From a virus: a DNA stretch of 64,000 nt. The notes under the pieces were generated by a model. It had not been told where the DNA came from. It did no database searches and saw only the letters and a list, made by a program, of their open reading frames with translations. The position numbers and the translations under genes were made by a program. The DNA is taken from positions 1-64,000 of the IMG/VR virus record IMGVR_UViG_3300021961_000063; one strand, 5' to 3'. Shown piece after piece: positions 21,566-31,513 of the stretch (the first letter of the stretch is position 1; each line of letters starts with the position of its first letter).

Positions 21566-22648
21566 ATGGCTAGAACTAAGAAAAGCGAATCGCTAACGGC
21601 TGCCGTCTCCGCTGAGATTAAAGCCAATTTCAACCTTGATAAATTCAAGGAGAAAAAAATGCTTAACAGCAATGTTAAGTTTAAAGAACAAAAGTGGATT
21701 CCCCTTAGTCCTGCATTTCAAGAAGTAACAAGTGTGCCTGGCATTCCTGCTGGGCACATTGTTCTACTTCGTGGACATAGTGATACAGGCAAAACTACTG
21801 CTTTAATTGAAGCAGCAGTTAGTGCTCAAAAAGCAGGTGTATTACCTGTATTCATTGTTACTGAAATGAAATGGAACTGGGAACACGCTGTACAGATGGG
21901 ATTGCAAGTTGAAACTGAAGTAGACGAAGAAACAGGTGAGGTAACTAACTTTAAAGGTTTCTTTTTGTATGCTGACAGAGAAAGTTTGCACACTATTGAA
22001 GATGTATCAGCATTTATTTTAGATTTGTTAGATGAACAGAAAAAAGGTAATTTGCCTTACGATTTGTGTTTCTTCTGGGACTCAATTGGTTCAATTCCTT
22101 GTGAAATGTCTGTTAAATCAAACAAAAATAACAACGAATGGAATGCTGGGGCAATGTCAACTCAATTTGGAAATAACGTAAACCAAAAAATCACACTTTC
22201 CAGGAAGGAATCTTCACCTTACACAAATACTCTGGTTTGCGTTAACAAAGTATGGACAGCAAAAGCAGAAGTACCTATGGGTCAACCTAAGTTGATGAAC
22301 AAAGGTGGTTTTGCTATGTGGTTTGATGCTACGTTTGTAATTACTTTTGGTAATATTTCAAATGCTGGTACCTCTAAAATTAAAGCGATTAAAGATGGTA
22401 AGCAAGTTGAATTTGCTAAACGTACTAACATCCAAATTGATAAAAACCACATCAATGGTATTACTACTCGTGGTAAAATCATTATGACTCCTCATGGCTT
22501 TATTAATGATACCGATAAGGAAATCAAAGGCTATAAGGATGATCATGCTAGTGAATGGAGTAAAATTCTTGGTGGAATGGATTTTGATATCTTTGAAGAA
22601 GATGAACAATTCGAAACCATGAATATTTTTGAACAAGAGCCAGATTAA
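21566..22648 (+). CDS. RecA/UvsX-like recombinase
   Basis: Walker A GHSDTGKT, Walker B FFWDSIGS; adjacent to SSB. Confidence 0.88.
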   Translation: MARTKKSESLTAAVSAEIKANFNLDKFKEKKMLNSNVKFKEQKWIPLSPAFQEVTSVPGIPAGHIVLLRGHSDTGKTTALIEAAVSAQKAGVLPVFIVTEMKWNWEHAVQMGLQVETEVDEETGEVTNFKGFFLYADRESLHTIEDVSAFILDLLDEQKKGNLPYDLCFFWDSIGSIPCEMSVKSNKNNNEWNAGAMSTQFGNNVNQKITLSRKESSPYTNTLVCVNKVWTAKAEVPMGQPKLMNKGGFAMWFDATFVITFGNISNAGTSKIKAIKDGKQVEFAKRTNIQIDKNHINGITTRGKIIMTPHGFINDTDKEIKGYKDDHASEWSKILGGMDFDIFEEDEQFETMNIFEQEPD

Positions 22649-22685
22649 TTAGGCTATTGTCAAAAAATTTATTACATTTACGACC

Positions 22686-23723
22686 ATGAAAAAGAGTGAA
22701 TTACTAAACCTCCTAGACCAAATGGATAAGCAGGAAGATGCCCCTGCTAACCCCCATGAAAGAGTATTACTAATCGATGGGTTAAATTTGTTCTTTAGGA
22801 ACTTTGCGATGATGAACTTTGTGAACGAAACTGGTGTTCACATTGGTGGTCTAGGAGGTTTTATTCGCTCACTAAATTCCCTTATTAATCAAATTCAACC
22901 AACCTCCGTTTATGTTGTGTTTGATGGAGTAGGATCTTCAACAAACCGTAAAAATATGCTTCCAGAATACAAATCAGGTCGTAACTTGGTTCGTATTACT
23001 AACTGGGACGTGTTTGAAAGTTTAGAAGATGAACATGATGCTAAAGTAGATCAAATTGTTCGTTTGATTCATTATTTAAAGTGTTTACCTGTTAAAACTC
23101 TAAGCTTAGATAAGGTAGAGGCCGATGATATTATCGCATATTTAAGTGATATATTACCTAATAAACACAATTCCCAAGTATTCATCGTCTCCAATGACAA
23201 AGACTTTGTCCAATTAGTAAACGATAAAGTTATACTCTATCGTCCCGCTGAAAAAGAATTTTACACACCTCAAACTGTAAAAAATAATTTTGGAATATTA
23301 GCTGAAAACTTTATCATTTATAAAACACTTTTAGGAGACCAATCAGATAAAGTAGCTGGAGTAAAAGGTTTAGGTGAAAAAGGTGTTTTGAAAAAATTTC
23401 CTGAATTAGCAGAACGACACATTAGTTTTCAAGAATTAATAGAAATTTGTGCTTCTAAACATAAAGAACACGTTGTGTATTCAAGAGTAGTATTTGATAT
23501 GGAGCGACTTGAAAACAATTTCCGAATTATGGATTTAGAAAATCCTTTGATTGATGATAATGATAGAGAGTATATGAATTCTTCTGTAGAAGAACCCACT
23601 CCAGCTTTGAATGTTGAAGCCTTTTTACGACTTTACAATGAGGATGGATTAGGTAAACTAATCAAAAATCCAGAATTTATATTGAACGACACTTACAAAA
23701 TATTAAACAGTTTTAGAAAATAA
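22686..23723 (+). CDS. 5'-3' exonuclease / flap endonuclease (RNase H-like)
   Basis: LLIDGLN, VVFDG, EADDII, SNDKDFVQ, GDQSDKVAGVKGLGEK. Confidence 0.92.
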   Translation: MKKSELLNLLDQMDKQEDAPANPHERVLLIDGLNLFFRNFAMMNFVNETGVHIGGLGGFIRSLNSLINQIQPTSVYVVFDGVGSSTNRKNMLPEYKSGRNLVRITNWDVFESLEDEHDAKVDQIVRLIHYLKCLPVKTLSLDKVEADDIIAYLSDILPNKHNSQVFIVSNDKDFVQLVNDKVILYRPAEKEFYTPQTVKNNFGILAENFIIYKTLLGDQSDKVAGVKGLGEKGVLKKFPELAERHISFQELIEICASKHKEHVVYSRVVFDMERLENNFRIMDLENPLIDDNDREYMNSSVEEPTPALNVEAFLRLYNEDGLGKLIKNPEFILNDTYKILNSFRK

Positions 23724-23728
23724 GTTAT

Positions 23729-25090
23729 ATGACATTAAATAATCTAAGTGCTTATGGAACCGGATTCCAAATCAAAGTACTATCATCCTTGCTAACACAC
23801 AAGGAATTTCTCTTGAATATTCAAGATGTGTTAAGTGAGGAATATTTTGATAACAGTGCACACCGCTGGATCATTAAACAAATCCTAGAATATTTCCAAA
23901 AATACCATACCTGTCCTTCAATGGATGTTTTAAAGGTAGAATTGAAAAAAATTGATAACGAAGTACTTCAAGTATCAATCAAAGAACAACTTCGTGAAGC
24001 TTATAAAGCATCAGATGAAGATCTTAAGTATGTAGAGGAAGAATTTTCTAATTTTTGTAAAAACCAACAGCTTAAAAAGGCGTTGTTAACAAGCGTAGAT
24101 TTCCTAAATGCGGGAGACTATGATTCAATCAGAACAATGATTGATAACGCATTAAAAGCGGGTCAAGACAAAAACATGGGCCACGAGTACAATAAAGATG
24201 TTGAATCTCGTTATCGTGAAGACCAAAGAAAAACAATCCCAACTCCTTGGGATCCCTTTAATGAACTACTGATGGGTGGTTTAGGTGGAGGAGACTTTGG
24301 TTTGATTTTTGGTAATCCTGGTGGTGGTAAATCTTGGAGTTTAGTAGCACTAGGTGGTTATGCTGTAAAATTAGGTTATAATGTTCTCCATTATACTCTA
24401 GAATTAGGAGCTGATTATGTAGGTCGTCGTTATGATGCTTTTTTTACCAACATTTCTGTACAAACAATAAACAATTATAGAGACAAAATCGAATCAGCTG
24501 TATCACAACTTCAGGGACAACTGATTATTAAAGAATACGCAACTGGCAAAGCTTCCATTGGAACTATCGAGACTCATATTAAAAAATGTATTGATTTAGA
24601 TTTCAAACCAGACCTAGTAATTATCGACTATGTTGATCTTCTTCGTTCAAAAAAGAAGTCTATTGACCGTAAGGGAGAAATTGATGATATTTATATTAGT
24701 ACGAAGGGGCTTGCTAGAGAATTAAACCTTCCTATTTGGAGCGTTTCTCAAGTAAACCGAGCTGGTGCGAAAGATGATATTATTGAAGGTGATAAAGCTG
24801 CTGGTAGCTATGATAAAATGATGGTTACCGATGTTGCTATATCCCTTTCTCGTAAACGTCAAGACAAAGTAAATGGGACAGGAAGATTTCACATTATGAA
24901 AAATCGCTACGGTATGGACGGCCTAACGTTCTCAGTGAAAGCAGATACTTCCACAGGACATTTTGAAGTATCAACCCATATTGAAGACGAAGATGATGAT
25001 ATCATGACCCCAGCACCAAAAATGAATGGTATCGATTCAATAGACAAAGCCCTTATCAAACAAAGATTTTTCGAATTACACACAGACTAA
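23729..25090 (+). CDS. DnaB-like replicative helicase
   Basis: GNPGGGKS, YTLE, IIDYVDL, SQVNR, KNRYG. Confidence 0.92.
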   Translation: MTLNNLSAYGTGFQIKVLSSLLTHKEFLLNIQDVLSEEYFDNSAHRWIIKQILEYFQKYHTCPSMDVLKVELKKIDNEVLQVSIKEQLREAYKASDEDLKYVEEEFSNFCKNQQLKKALLTSVDFLNAGDYDSIRTMIDNALKAGQDKNMGHEYNKDVESRYREDQRKTIPTPWDPFNELLMGGLGGGDFGLIFGNPGGGKSWSLVALGGYAVKLGYNVLHYTLELGADYVGRRYDAFFTNISVQTINNYRDKIESAVSQLQGQLIIKEYATGKASIGTIETHIKKCIDLDFKPDLVIIDYVDLLRSKKKSIDRKGEIDDIYISTKGLARELNLPIWSVSQVNRAGAKDDIIEGDKAAGSYDKMMVTDVAISLSRKRQDKVNGTGRFHIMKNRYGMDGLTFSVKADTSTGHFEVSTHIEDEDDDIMTPAPKMNGIDSIDKALIKQRFFELHTD

Positions 25091-25105
25091 ATTATTAAAA
25101 AAACA

Positions 25106-26962
25106 ATGTTAACAACAGAATCACAAATTTTGTCGGAAATTACTACCCATCTTAAGTATGCCAAGTACGTACCTGAAAAAAACAGACGTGAAACTTGGGA
25201 TGAGTTGGTTACCCGAAACAAAGAAATGCACCTAGAAAAATTTCCTCAATTGGCAGAGGAAATCGAAGCAGCCTACAAGTATGTTTATGACAAAAAGGTA
25301 TTACCCTCAATGCGTTCAATGCAATTTGCTGGTAAACCCATTGGAATAAACAATGCTCGTATTTTTAACTGCTCTTATTTACCAATCGATGATTACAGAG
25401 CTTTTTCTGAAATCATGTTCTTATTACTTTCAGGATGTGGAGTAGGGTATTCCGTTCAAACCCACCACGTAGAAAAATTACCTGAAGTAAGAAAACCACT
25501 TAAGTGGAAACGTTATTTAGTAGGTGATTCTATTGAAGGTTGGGCTGATGCTGTTCGTATGTTGACTAAAGCTTATTTTGGTTATACGTCTACTGGTCCG
25601 TTGTTTGATTTTAGAGATATTCGTCCTAAAGGTGCTTCTTTGATTACTGTTGGTGGTAAAGCACCTGGTCCTGAACCTTTGAAAATTGCTTTAGTACACG
25701 TACAAGCTATTTTAGATCGTAAAAAAGATGGTGAAAGATTAACAACTTTAGAAGCCCACGACATTATTTGTCATTTGGCTGATGCTGTATTATCTGGTGG
25801 TATTCGTAGAGCAGCCCTTATTGCTTTGTTTAATTTAGACGACCAAGATATGTTGACTTGTAAATTTGGCAACTGGTGGGAAAATAACCCACAACGTGGC
25901 CGCTCAAACAACTCAGCTGTATTGTTACGTAGTAAAATTGACAAAGATACATTTTTGGACTTGTGGAAGAAAATTGAAGCATCTAATAGTGGAGAACCTG
26001 GTTTCTTATTTACAAATGATAAAGATGCAGGTACTAACCCTTGTGCTGAAATCAATTTGAAGCCAAACCAATTCTGTAACTTGTGTGAAATCAATGCTTC
26101 GGATTTGACTACACAAGAAGAATACAATGCACGAGCTAAAGCAGCTGCCTTTATTGGTACATTACAAGCCTCTTATACTGATTTCCATTACTTGAGAGAT
26201 ATTTGGAGAAAAACAACTGAAAAAGAAGCATTGTTAGGTATTGGTATGACAGGTATTGCTTCAGGAGCTGTATTTAATTTGAATATGAAAGAAGCAGCTA
26301 AAGTGGCTGTTGAAGAAAATGCTAGAATGGCTGAAGTTTTAGGTATTAATAAAGCAGCACGTGTTACTACAGTTAAACCTTCAGGTACTACATCTTTAGT
26401 ATTAGGCACAAGTTCAGGTATTCACGCTTGGCATGATGATTATTATATGCGTCGAATCCGTTTAGGTAAAAATGAGGCATTGTATCAATATCTTGCTATT
26501 TATCATCCTGAAATGTTGGAAGATGATTTCTTTAAACCTGAAATCCAAGCAGTAGTATCTGTACCACAACGTGCTCCCGAAAATGCTATCACACGTAGTG
26601 AGTCAGCTATGGATTTGTTAGAGCGTATTAAAACAATTAACAAAAATTGGATTAAACCCGGTCACAGAAAAGGGGCCAACATGCATAACGTATCCGCTAC
26701 AGTTACTATTAAACAAGATGAATGGGATACTGTAGGTGAGTGGTTGTATGAAAACAAAGAATATTTTACAGCTTTGTCTTTCTTACCTGAGGATTTGGGT
26801 ACATACAAACAAGCTCCTTTTGAAACCATTACTAAAGAAGAATTTGATTCTGCTGTTGAATCATTACACGCTGTAGATTTATCAAAAGTCATTGAGATGG
26901 CTGATAATACTGCGTTAATGGACCAAGCCGCCTGTGCTGGTGGAGCTTGTGAAGTTGTCTAA
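25106..26962 (+). CDS. nrdJ: Class II (adenosylcobalamin-dependent) ribonucleotide reductase
   Basis: FNCS, GGIRRAA, GTNPCAEI, TVKPSGT, C-terminal CAGGACE; no nrdB nearby. Confidence 0.9.
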   Translation: MLTTESQILSEITTHLKYAKYVPEKNRRETWDELVTRNKEMHLEKFPQLAEEIEAAYKYVYDKKVLPSMRSMQFAGKPIGINNARIFNCSYLPIDDYRAFSEIMFLLLSGCGVGYSVQTHHVEKLPEVRKPLKWKRYLVGDSIEGWADAVRMLTKAYFGYTSTGPLFDFRDIRPKGASLITVGGKAPGPEPLKIALVHVQAILDRKKDGERLTTLEAHDIICHLADAVLSGGIRRAALIALFNLDDQDMLTCKFGNWWENNPQRGRSNNSAVLLRSKIDKDTFLDLWKKIEASNSGEPGFLFTNDKDAGTNPCAEINLKPNQFCNLCEINASDLTTQEEYNARAKAAAFIGTLQASYTDFHYLRDIWRKTTEKEALLGIGMTGIASGAVFNLNMKEAAKVAVEENARMAEVLGINKAARVTTVKPSGTTSLVLGTSSGIHAWHDDYYMRRIRLGKNEALYQYLAIYHPEMLEDDFFKPEIQAVVSVPQRAPENAITRSESAMDLLERIKTINKNWIKPGHRKGANMHNVSATVTIKQDEWDTVGEWLYENKEYFTALSFLPEDLGTYKQAPFETITKEEFDSAVESLHAVDLSKVIEMADNTALMDQAACAGGACEVV

Positions 26963-26974
26963 TATTTATCAGAT

Positions 26975-28369
26975 ATGTGGAACAGTATAAAAGAAAGGTT
27001 ATTTCCTTTATTAATTGCACTTTCCGCACTATCTGTAAGCGCATCTGCTGCTTTTTATAGTGTAACTGGTCTTAGCAAATTATTTGCTGGGGCCAGTTTA
27101 GCTGTAATTATTATGGCTGCTTCTTTAGAAATAGCTAAATTAGTAATGGCCTCTTTACTTTATCAGTATAGAAAAGCTTTACCAAAACTCCTTAAAACTT
27201 ATTTAACCATTGCTGTAGGTATTCTTATTTTGATAACTTCTGCTGGTATTTATGGTTTTCTATCGGATGCTTACCAAACTACAGCTAGTAAAGAAAGTAT
27301 AGTAGAAAATCAAATTAATCTATTAGAAACTAAAAAGACATCCTTTGAAAAAATCAAAGGTCAATACGAGATAGAAAAAACATCATTAACACAAAACATA
27401 ACAACACTACGAAATGCCCTGGGAAACAATATTCAGTCTTATGTGGATAATAATGGCAATGTCATTAGTTATTCTTCCGGATCAAACCGAAAAGCTTTTG
27501 AAAAACAGCTGGAGGTGGCTATCCAAAAAGACGAACAACTTACTACAAAAATACAAACGTACAACGACTCGATAATCAGTTTAGAAACTCGAATTGTTGA
27601 AACACAATCAAATTCAGCTTCAACTTCTGAATTAGGACCTTTAAAGTATTTATCTAATCTAACCGGAGTTGGAATGGATAAAATTATTAATGTATTGTTA
27701 TTAATAATTATTTTTGTATTTGACCCATTAGCTATTGCTTTAGTAATTGCTGCAAACTTTGCTTTTGAAAAACTAAAGAAAAAAGATGATGTCTTATATC
27801 CAGACCCTCAGGTTGAACCTGAGAGTTCAGATATAGAATATAATTTACCTGAAGAAGTAATAGAGGAAATTTTAAATGGGGAAGAATTTATAGTAGAGGA
27901 TTTTGAAAATGATGAGGAATTAGAAGAAGCTAGCTTAGTAGATTTACAATATCTTGAAAAAGAATTACCTTGGGAAGAATTACCTGTTGAAGAACCTACT
28001 AGTATTTTAGAAACTAAGATAGATTCCCTACAAGAAAAATTAGATTCCCTATACCATTCAGTATCTCAAGTAATACAATTACCTCAAGAATCAGAACCCG
28101 AACCCGAACTAGAAGTTGAAGATCTACAATTAAAAATTGATTTTGACGAAGTTCAAACTCCAAACATATATGGAGAAGTAATTCCTGATGATAATTCTTT
28201 AGAAGAAAAAATAAAACAAATTAATAATTCTATTGAAAATATAAGAAATATACAAAGTAGTCCTTTAGATGTTTATCGTAAAACACGTCAAGTAATGGAT
28301 GAAGTAAATAAAATCGAAAATATTTCTTTACAATCACCTAAAAATAACGATACTATAACTATATTCTAA
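26975..28369 (+). CDS. Membrane protein with coiled coil and acidic C-terminal extension
   Basis: Three N-terminal TM segments, coiled coil, ELGPLKYL, IIFVFDPLAI TM segment, Glu-rich tail. Confidence 0.7.
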   Translation: MWNSIKERLFPLLIALSALSVSASAAFYSVTGLSKLFAGASLAVIIMAASLEIAKLVMASLLYQYRKALPKLLKTYLTIAVGILILITSAGIYGFLSDAYQTTASKESIVENQINLLETKKTSFEKIKGQYEIEKTSLTQNITTLRNALGNNIQSYVDNNGNVISYSSGSNRKAFEKQLEVAIQKDEQLTTKIQTYNDSIISLETRIVETQSNSASTSELGPLKYLSNLTGVGMDKIINVLLLIIIFVFDPLAIALVIAANFAFEKLKKKDDVLYPDPQVEPESSDIEYNLPEEVIEEILNGEEFIVEDFENDEELEEASLVDLQYLEKELPWEELPVEEPTSILETKIDSLQEKLDSLYHSVSQVIQLPQESEPEPELEVEDLQLKIDFDEVQTPNIYGEVIPDDNSLEEKIKQINNSIENIRNIQSSPLDVYRKTRQVMDEVNKIENISLQSPKNNDTITIF

Positions 28370-28402
28370 TCTTATTTAGAATCATTCTAAATGAAAAAAG
28401 AA

Positions 28403-28453
28403 TTTGGCTCCCCGGATTCTCGTTCGTATATTTATATCATAATAAAGGTTATG
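28403..28453 (+). promoter_or_regulatory. Early/host-type promoter repeat, copy 1
   Basis: TTTG-N20-TATATTTA, then CATAATAAAGGTTATG. Confidence 0.75.
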
Positions 28454-29260
28454 AATAATATTAAAGTTGTAAAAAGAGGTCGTCCAAGCAAGTCAGTTAA
28501 AAATGTAACTTACACTCCATCACTTATTGATTTTTCAAAAGTAACTAAGTTGGACAATTTGGACATCGATCCTAAAATGATGGCCACTATGAAAACCGGA
28601 TTGGCTATTGATACTTTGGTTTCTCACGAAGGTGGAATTCCAGCCGCTACTAATATTATGATGATTGGTGATCCTGGTGTAGGTAAAACTACAGTATTGT
28701 TGGATATGCTTTCAGCTGCCCAAAACAAAGGTCATAAGTGCTTGTTCATTTCTGGTGAGATGGGTAAAAAGCAAATGTTTAAATACACTCAACGTTTTCC
28801 TCAGTTTGGTAATATTGAAACTTTGTTTATGCAAGATTTCCTCGAGTTCAATACTAAAGATGTAATTGAGCAAGTTTTGGACCGTGGTTATGATTTGGTT
28901 TTGATTGATTCGGCTGCTGAAATCATTGATGGTGTACGTGATGATAATAACTGGGATCGTAAAATGGCTGAAAGCTGGTTGGTTGATATTTGTGTAAAAA
29001 ACAATAAAGGTGAAAACAAATCAAATGCATTTACTTCATTCTTGTTGATTCAGCAAGTTACTAAAGCTGGCGTGTTTGCCGGTTCTAATAAATTGAAGCA
29101 CTTGGTTGATGCTATGGGTGAGATGCGCCGCGAACCAGAATCACAAGGTGGTAGCACGTTCATTAATTTTACTAAAAACCGTAATGGTTTGGTTGATAAC
29201 AGAATGTACTTTCAATTGTCAAATAGCGTAATTCGTTATGGAGCAGTTGTAACAGCCTAA
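28451..29260 (+). CDS. RadA/Sms-like RecA-superfamily ATPase
   Basis: GDPGVGKT, FISGE, LIDS, QVTKAGVFAGSNKLKHLVD, KNR; start moved from 28391 to the ATG after the promoter repeat. Confidence 0.82.
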   Translation: MNNIKVVKRGRPSKSVKNVTYTPSLIDFSKVTKLDNLDIDPKMMATMKTGLAIDTLVSHEGGIPAATNIMMIGDPGVGKTTVLLDMLSAAQNKGHKCLFISGEMGKKQMFKYTQRFPQFGNIETLFMQDFLEFNTKDVIEQVLDRGYDLVLIDSAAEIIDGVRDDNNWDRKMAESWLVDICVKNNKGENKSNAFTSFLLIQQVTKAGVFAGSNKLKHLVDAMGEMRREPESQGGSTFINFTKNRNGLVDNRMYFQLSNSVIRYGAVVTA

Positions 29261-29304
29261 GGTTGTCCAACCTTAAAATGGACTGGAGCTACGAAGGCAA
29301 AATT

Positions 29305-29330
29305 AGAGCGAAGAAATTCGCTCTTTTTTT
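29305..29330 (+). terminator. Rho-independent terminator between convergent genes
   Basis: AGAGCGAA-GAAA-TTCGCTCT followed by a T run. Confidence 0.82.
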
Positions 29331-30403
29331 TAATATCCGAATCTTACTTTTGTATTATCAAATAGTGATTGTACGTCTGCTGATGTGAAATCACCTTCAT
29401 TGATATAAAAGTCTCCAATCATACCATCAAACCCTTGAGCATTTTGAATGCCCGAATCATAGTTACCTAATAGTAAGTTACGGTTGTCTCCTGGAGTAAA
29501 TGAACCACCACCATTTGTACTACCAACCTCAGTTGTATTAAGATATAATTTAAATGTATCTGGGTCTGATGATACTTTTACTACTAATGTGGCCATATAC
29601 CAAGTACCAATACTTACAGTAGCTCCAATCCCCGCAATATTTCTATTTATAGCACTATTATCTGATGTTACTCGAGCAATAAGTTGATTTGAGGAATTAA
29701 TACCAACAAAAAATCCATCACTAGTAGTACTACCACCTAATCCTATTTGCTTACACATAAGTGTTTTTGAGAAATTAATAAACCCAACGGCATCAGCTTT
29801 AAACCATACAGAATAGGCTTTAGTTGTTGTAGTACTTAATTGAGTATCCGAGTTATCCGCAAAACTAATTCTTGTTCCACTCCCCCCATTTAAATCAAAC
29901 TCACCCCCAACAGTAGTACTAAATGTAATAGCACCTGAACCATCTTCTAACATACCATCATTAGCATATGCTGTTGTATCAAACCAACTATTACCTGTAC
30001 CTGGATAAGAGGCTAAACTTGAAGCATTTAAAGCTGCTAATAATGTCGGACCTGAATTAACCCATGATGTCCAATATCCATTAGTATTTAACCAAGTTTT
30101 AGCATCATTCCCTGAAGCAAAAGATTGATTTCCTATAATATCCGATAGACTAATAAAAGAAGGTTCAGTTAAATCTATAGATCTAAAAAATCCTAAGTAA
30201 GCAGTATTACCATTAGCACCTGGTTGACCACCTGGTGTTTCATGAGCAATTACATACCCTAAATCCTCATCAGGTCCCATCCACCAATCTAATCCTGTAG
30301 AATCAAATCCTGATGTAGGATCACCTACTGCTAAATTACCTACTTGTTCAGTTCCTGGTATTGAGGCACCTGTGTTGTATGCGAAAGGTCTTGTAGTAGC
30401 CAT
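29330..30403 (-). CDS. LamG/concanavalin A-like lectin domain virion protein
   Basis: SYPGTGNSWFD, YSVWFK, WYMATLV, KLYLN, FDGMIG, LFDNTKVRFG; late motif on the minus strand at 30408-30417. Confidence 0.8.
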   Translation of the reverse strand: MATTRPFAYNTGASIPGTEQVGNLAVGDPTSGFDSTGLDWWMGPDEDLGYVIAHETPGGQPGANGNTAYLGFFRSIDLTEPSFISLSDIIGNQSFASGNDAKTWLNTNGYWTSWVNSGPTLLAALNASSLASYPGTGNSWFDTTAYANDGMLEDGSGAITFSTTVGGEFDLNGGSGTRISFADNSDTQLSTTTTKAYSVWFKADAVGFINFSKTLMCKQIGLGGSTTSDGFFVGINSSNQLIARVTSDNSAINRNIAGIGATVSIGTWYMATLVVKVSSDPDTFKLYLNTTEVGSTNGGGSFTPGDNRNLLLGNYDSGIQNAQGFDGMIGDFYINEGDFTSADVQSLFDNTKVRFGY

Positions 30404-30433
30404 ATCTTATAAATATTAAAAAAAAGAAAAAAA

Positions 30434-30493
30434 GATTTGGCTTCCCGAGATCTTGTTCGTATATTCATGTCATAATAAAAAATAAAGGTTATG
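30434..30493 (+). promoter_or_regulatory. Early/host-type promoter repeat, copy 2
   Basis: GATTTGGCTTCC...GTTCGTATATTCA...CATAATAAA...AAAGGTTATG; TTTG-N20-TATATT. Confidence 0.75.
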
Positions 30494-30703
30494 AAGTTAA
30501 TTAAAAAACAGAAATCACAAGACGACAATTTCAAAATAGGCCAAATTGTATTAGCTGGTAGAATAGTACCTGAACAAAACATTGGAATGGGAATTGAATA
30601 TGTGCCTGCTAAAATTGTAAAGATAAATCGTGTTAGTTTGAATGTTGAAACTAGCAATGGAAACATCTATCAGGTTAATAAGAAAATGGTTAAATTAGGT
30701 TAA
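30491..30703 (+). CDS. Small hypothetical protein (SH3/KOW-like)
   Basis: FKIGQIV...AKIVKINR; directly under the promoter repeat. Confidence 0.55.
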   Translation: MKLIKKQKSQDDNFKIGQIVLAGRIVPEQNIGMGIEYVPAKIVKINRVSLNVETSNGNIYQVNKKMVKLG

Positions 30704-30713
30704 TAAAAAGGTT

Positions 30714-30956
30714 ATGTATAAAGCATTTGTAGGATACCAAATTGACGACAACGATAACGCAGTTTTCGATATGTCTGCCGAGTTCGAATCTAGAAGTGAG
30801 GCTGAAGATTGGGTTGAGTTCATGTTGAATATGGACGCAGAATATGATTTTGCCACTATTGAAGAAATAGAAGATAATTTTGAGGCTCAAGTAAATGAAT
30901 TTGAAGCTCAAGAAGAAGCTCGACTTGAATTAGGTATTCCAAAAGGAATTTTTTAA
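30714..30956 (+). CDS. Very acidic small protein
   Basis: 80 aa D/E-rich; AAAAAGGTTATG start context. Confidence 0.6.
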   Translation: MYKAFVGYQIDDNDNAVFDMSAEFESRSEAEDWVEFMLNMDAEYDFATIEEIEDNFEAQVNEFEAQEEARLELGIPKGIF

Positions 30957-30964
30957 ATTCAAGT

Positions 30965-31477
30965 ATGTCAATTGTTGAAGAATATCGTGAGTGGGTTTCT
31001 ACTTATGATCCCACTCCCCCAAAACCAAACAAAACATACAACAAGTTTTTTTGGTGGCGCCGTTATCAAGAACACAAGTTTTTGCCCAAAATGGCCAATA
31101 TATTTGACAAGGCCAAAAATGGTGATTATGATGTTTCCCCGTATTGGAAGCAAATTCAATACGAGCATTATTTCGAAGAGCAGGAACTTACCAAATTTCA
31201 TGCCAATTATACTGGTTCATATGAAAATCGTGGTTGGGCTGAACGTGATGTGTCAAAATTGTTCTGGCAACGTAGAAAACGTTTGCTGACTGATGCCGAA
31301 CGTGATGAGCACGCTCGTTGGCAGTTGCTTGTAAAGGATCTCAAAACGTGTTTTGGTGGTAATGAAGACGATATTCGTGATATGTTCGAGTCGTTTGAAG
31401 GTACAATGTCTGAATTTATTACCGCGTATCGTGATTCAAGAGATCTTCCAAAAATCCAACCTGTTCCTAAATTTTAA
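30965..31477 (+). CDS. Hypothetical protein
   Basis: 170 aa ORF, operonic. Confidence 0.6.
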   Translation: MSIVEEYREWVSTYDPTPPKPNKTYNKFFWWRRYQEHKFLPKMANIFDKAKNGDYDVSPYWKQIQYEHYFEEQELTKFHANYTGSYENRGWAERDVSKLFWQRRKRLLTDAERDEHARWQLLVKDLKTCFGGNEDDIRDMFESFEGTMSEFITAYRDSRDLPKIQPVPKF

Positions 31478-31513
31478 TTTGGTAAATTTAATATTTTTTA
31501 TTATATTTGAGTT

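Noticed and set aside
16891-28052. Short direct repeats inside genes (CTGACAAGGA x2 near 16892, ATGTTGGTCAGG x2 at 17561/17591, TAGATTCCCTA x2 near 28020)
   Set aside because: In-frame micro-duplications reflecting peptide repeats; no array structure
28391-28450. ORF-track N-terminal extensions (28391, 18910, 38463, 63537)
   Set aside because: They run through promoter, terminator or upstream-gene sequence; downstream ATGs in the usual start context are more plausible
29256-29300. preQ1 riboswitch or twister/hammerhead ribozyme assignment for the post-radA hairpin
   Set aside because: The conserved core nucleotides of those classes are not present, and the position is 3' of a gene
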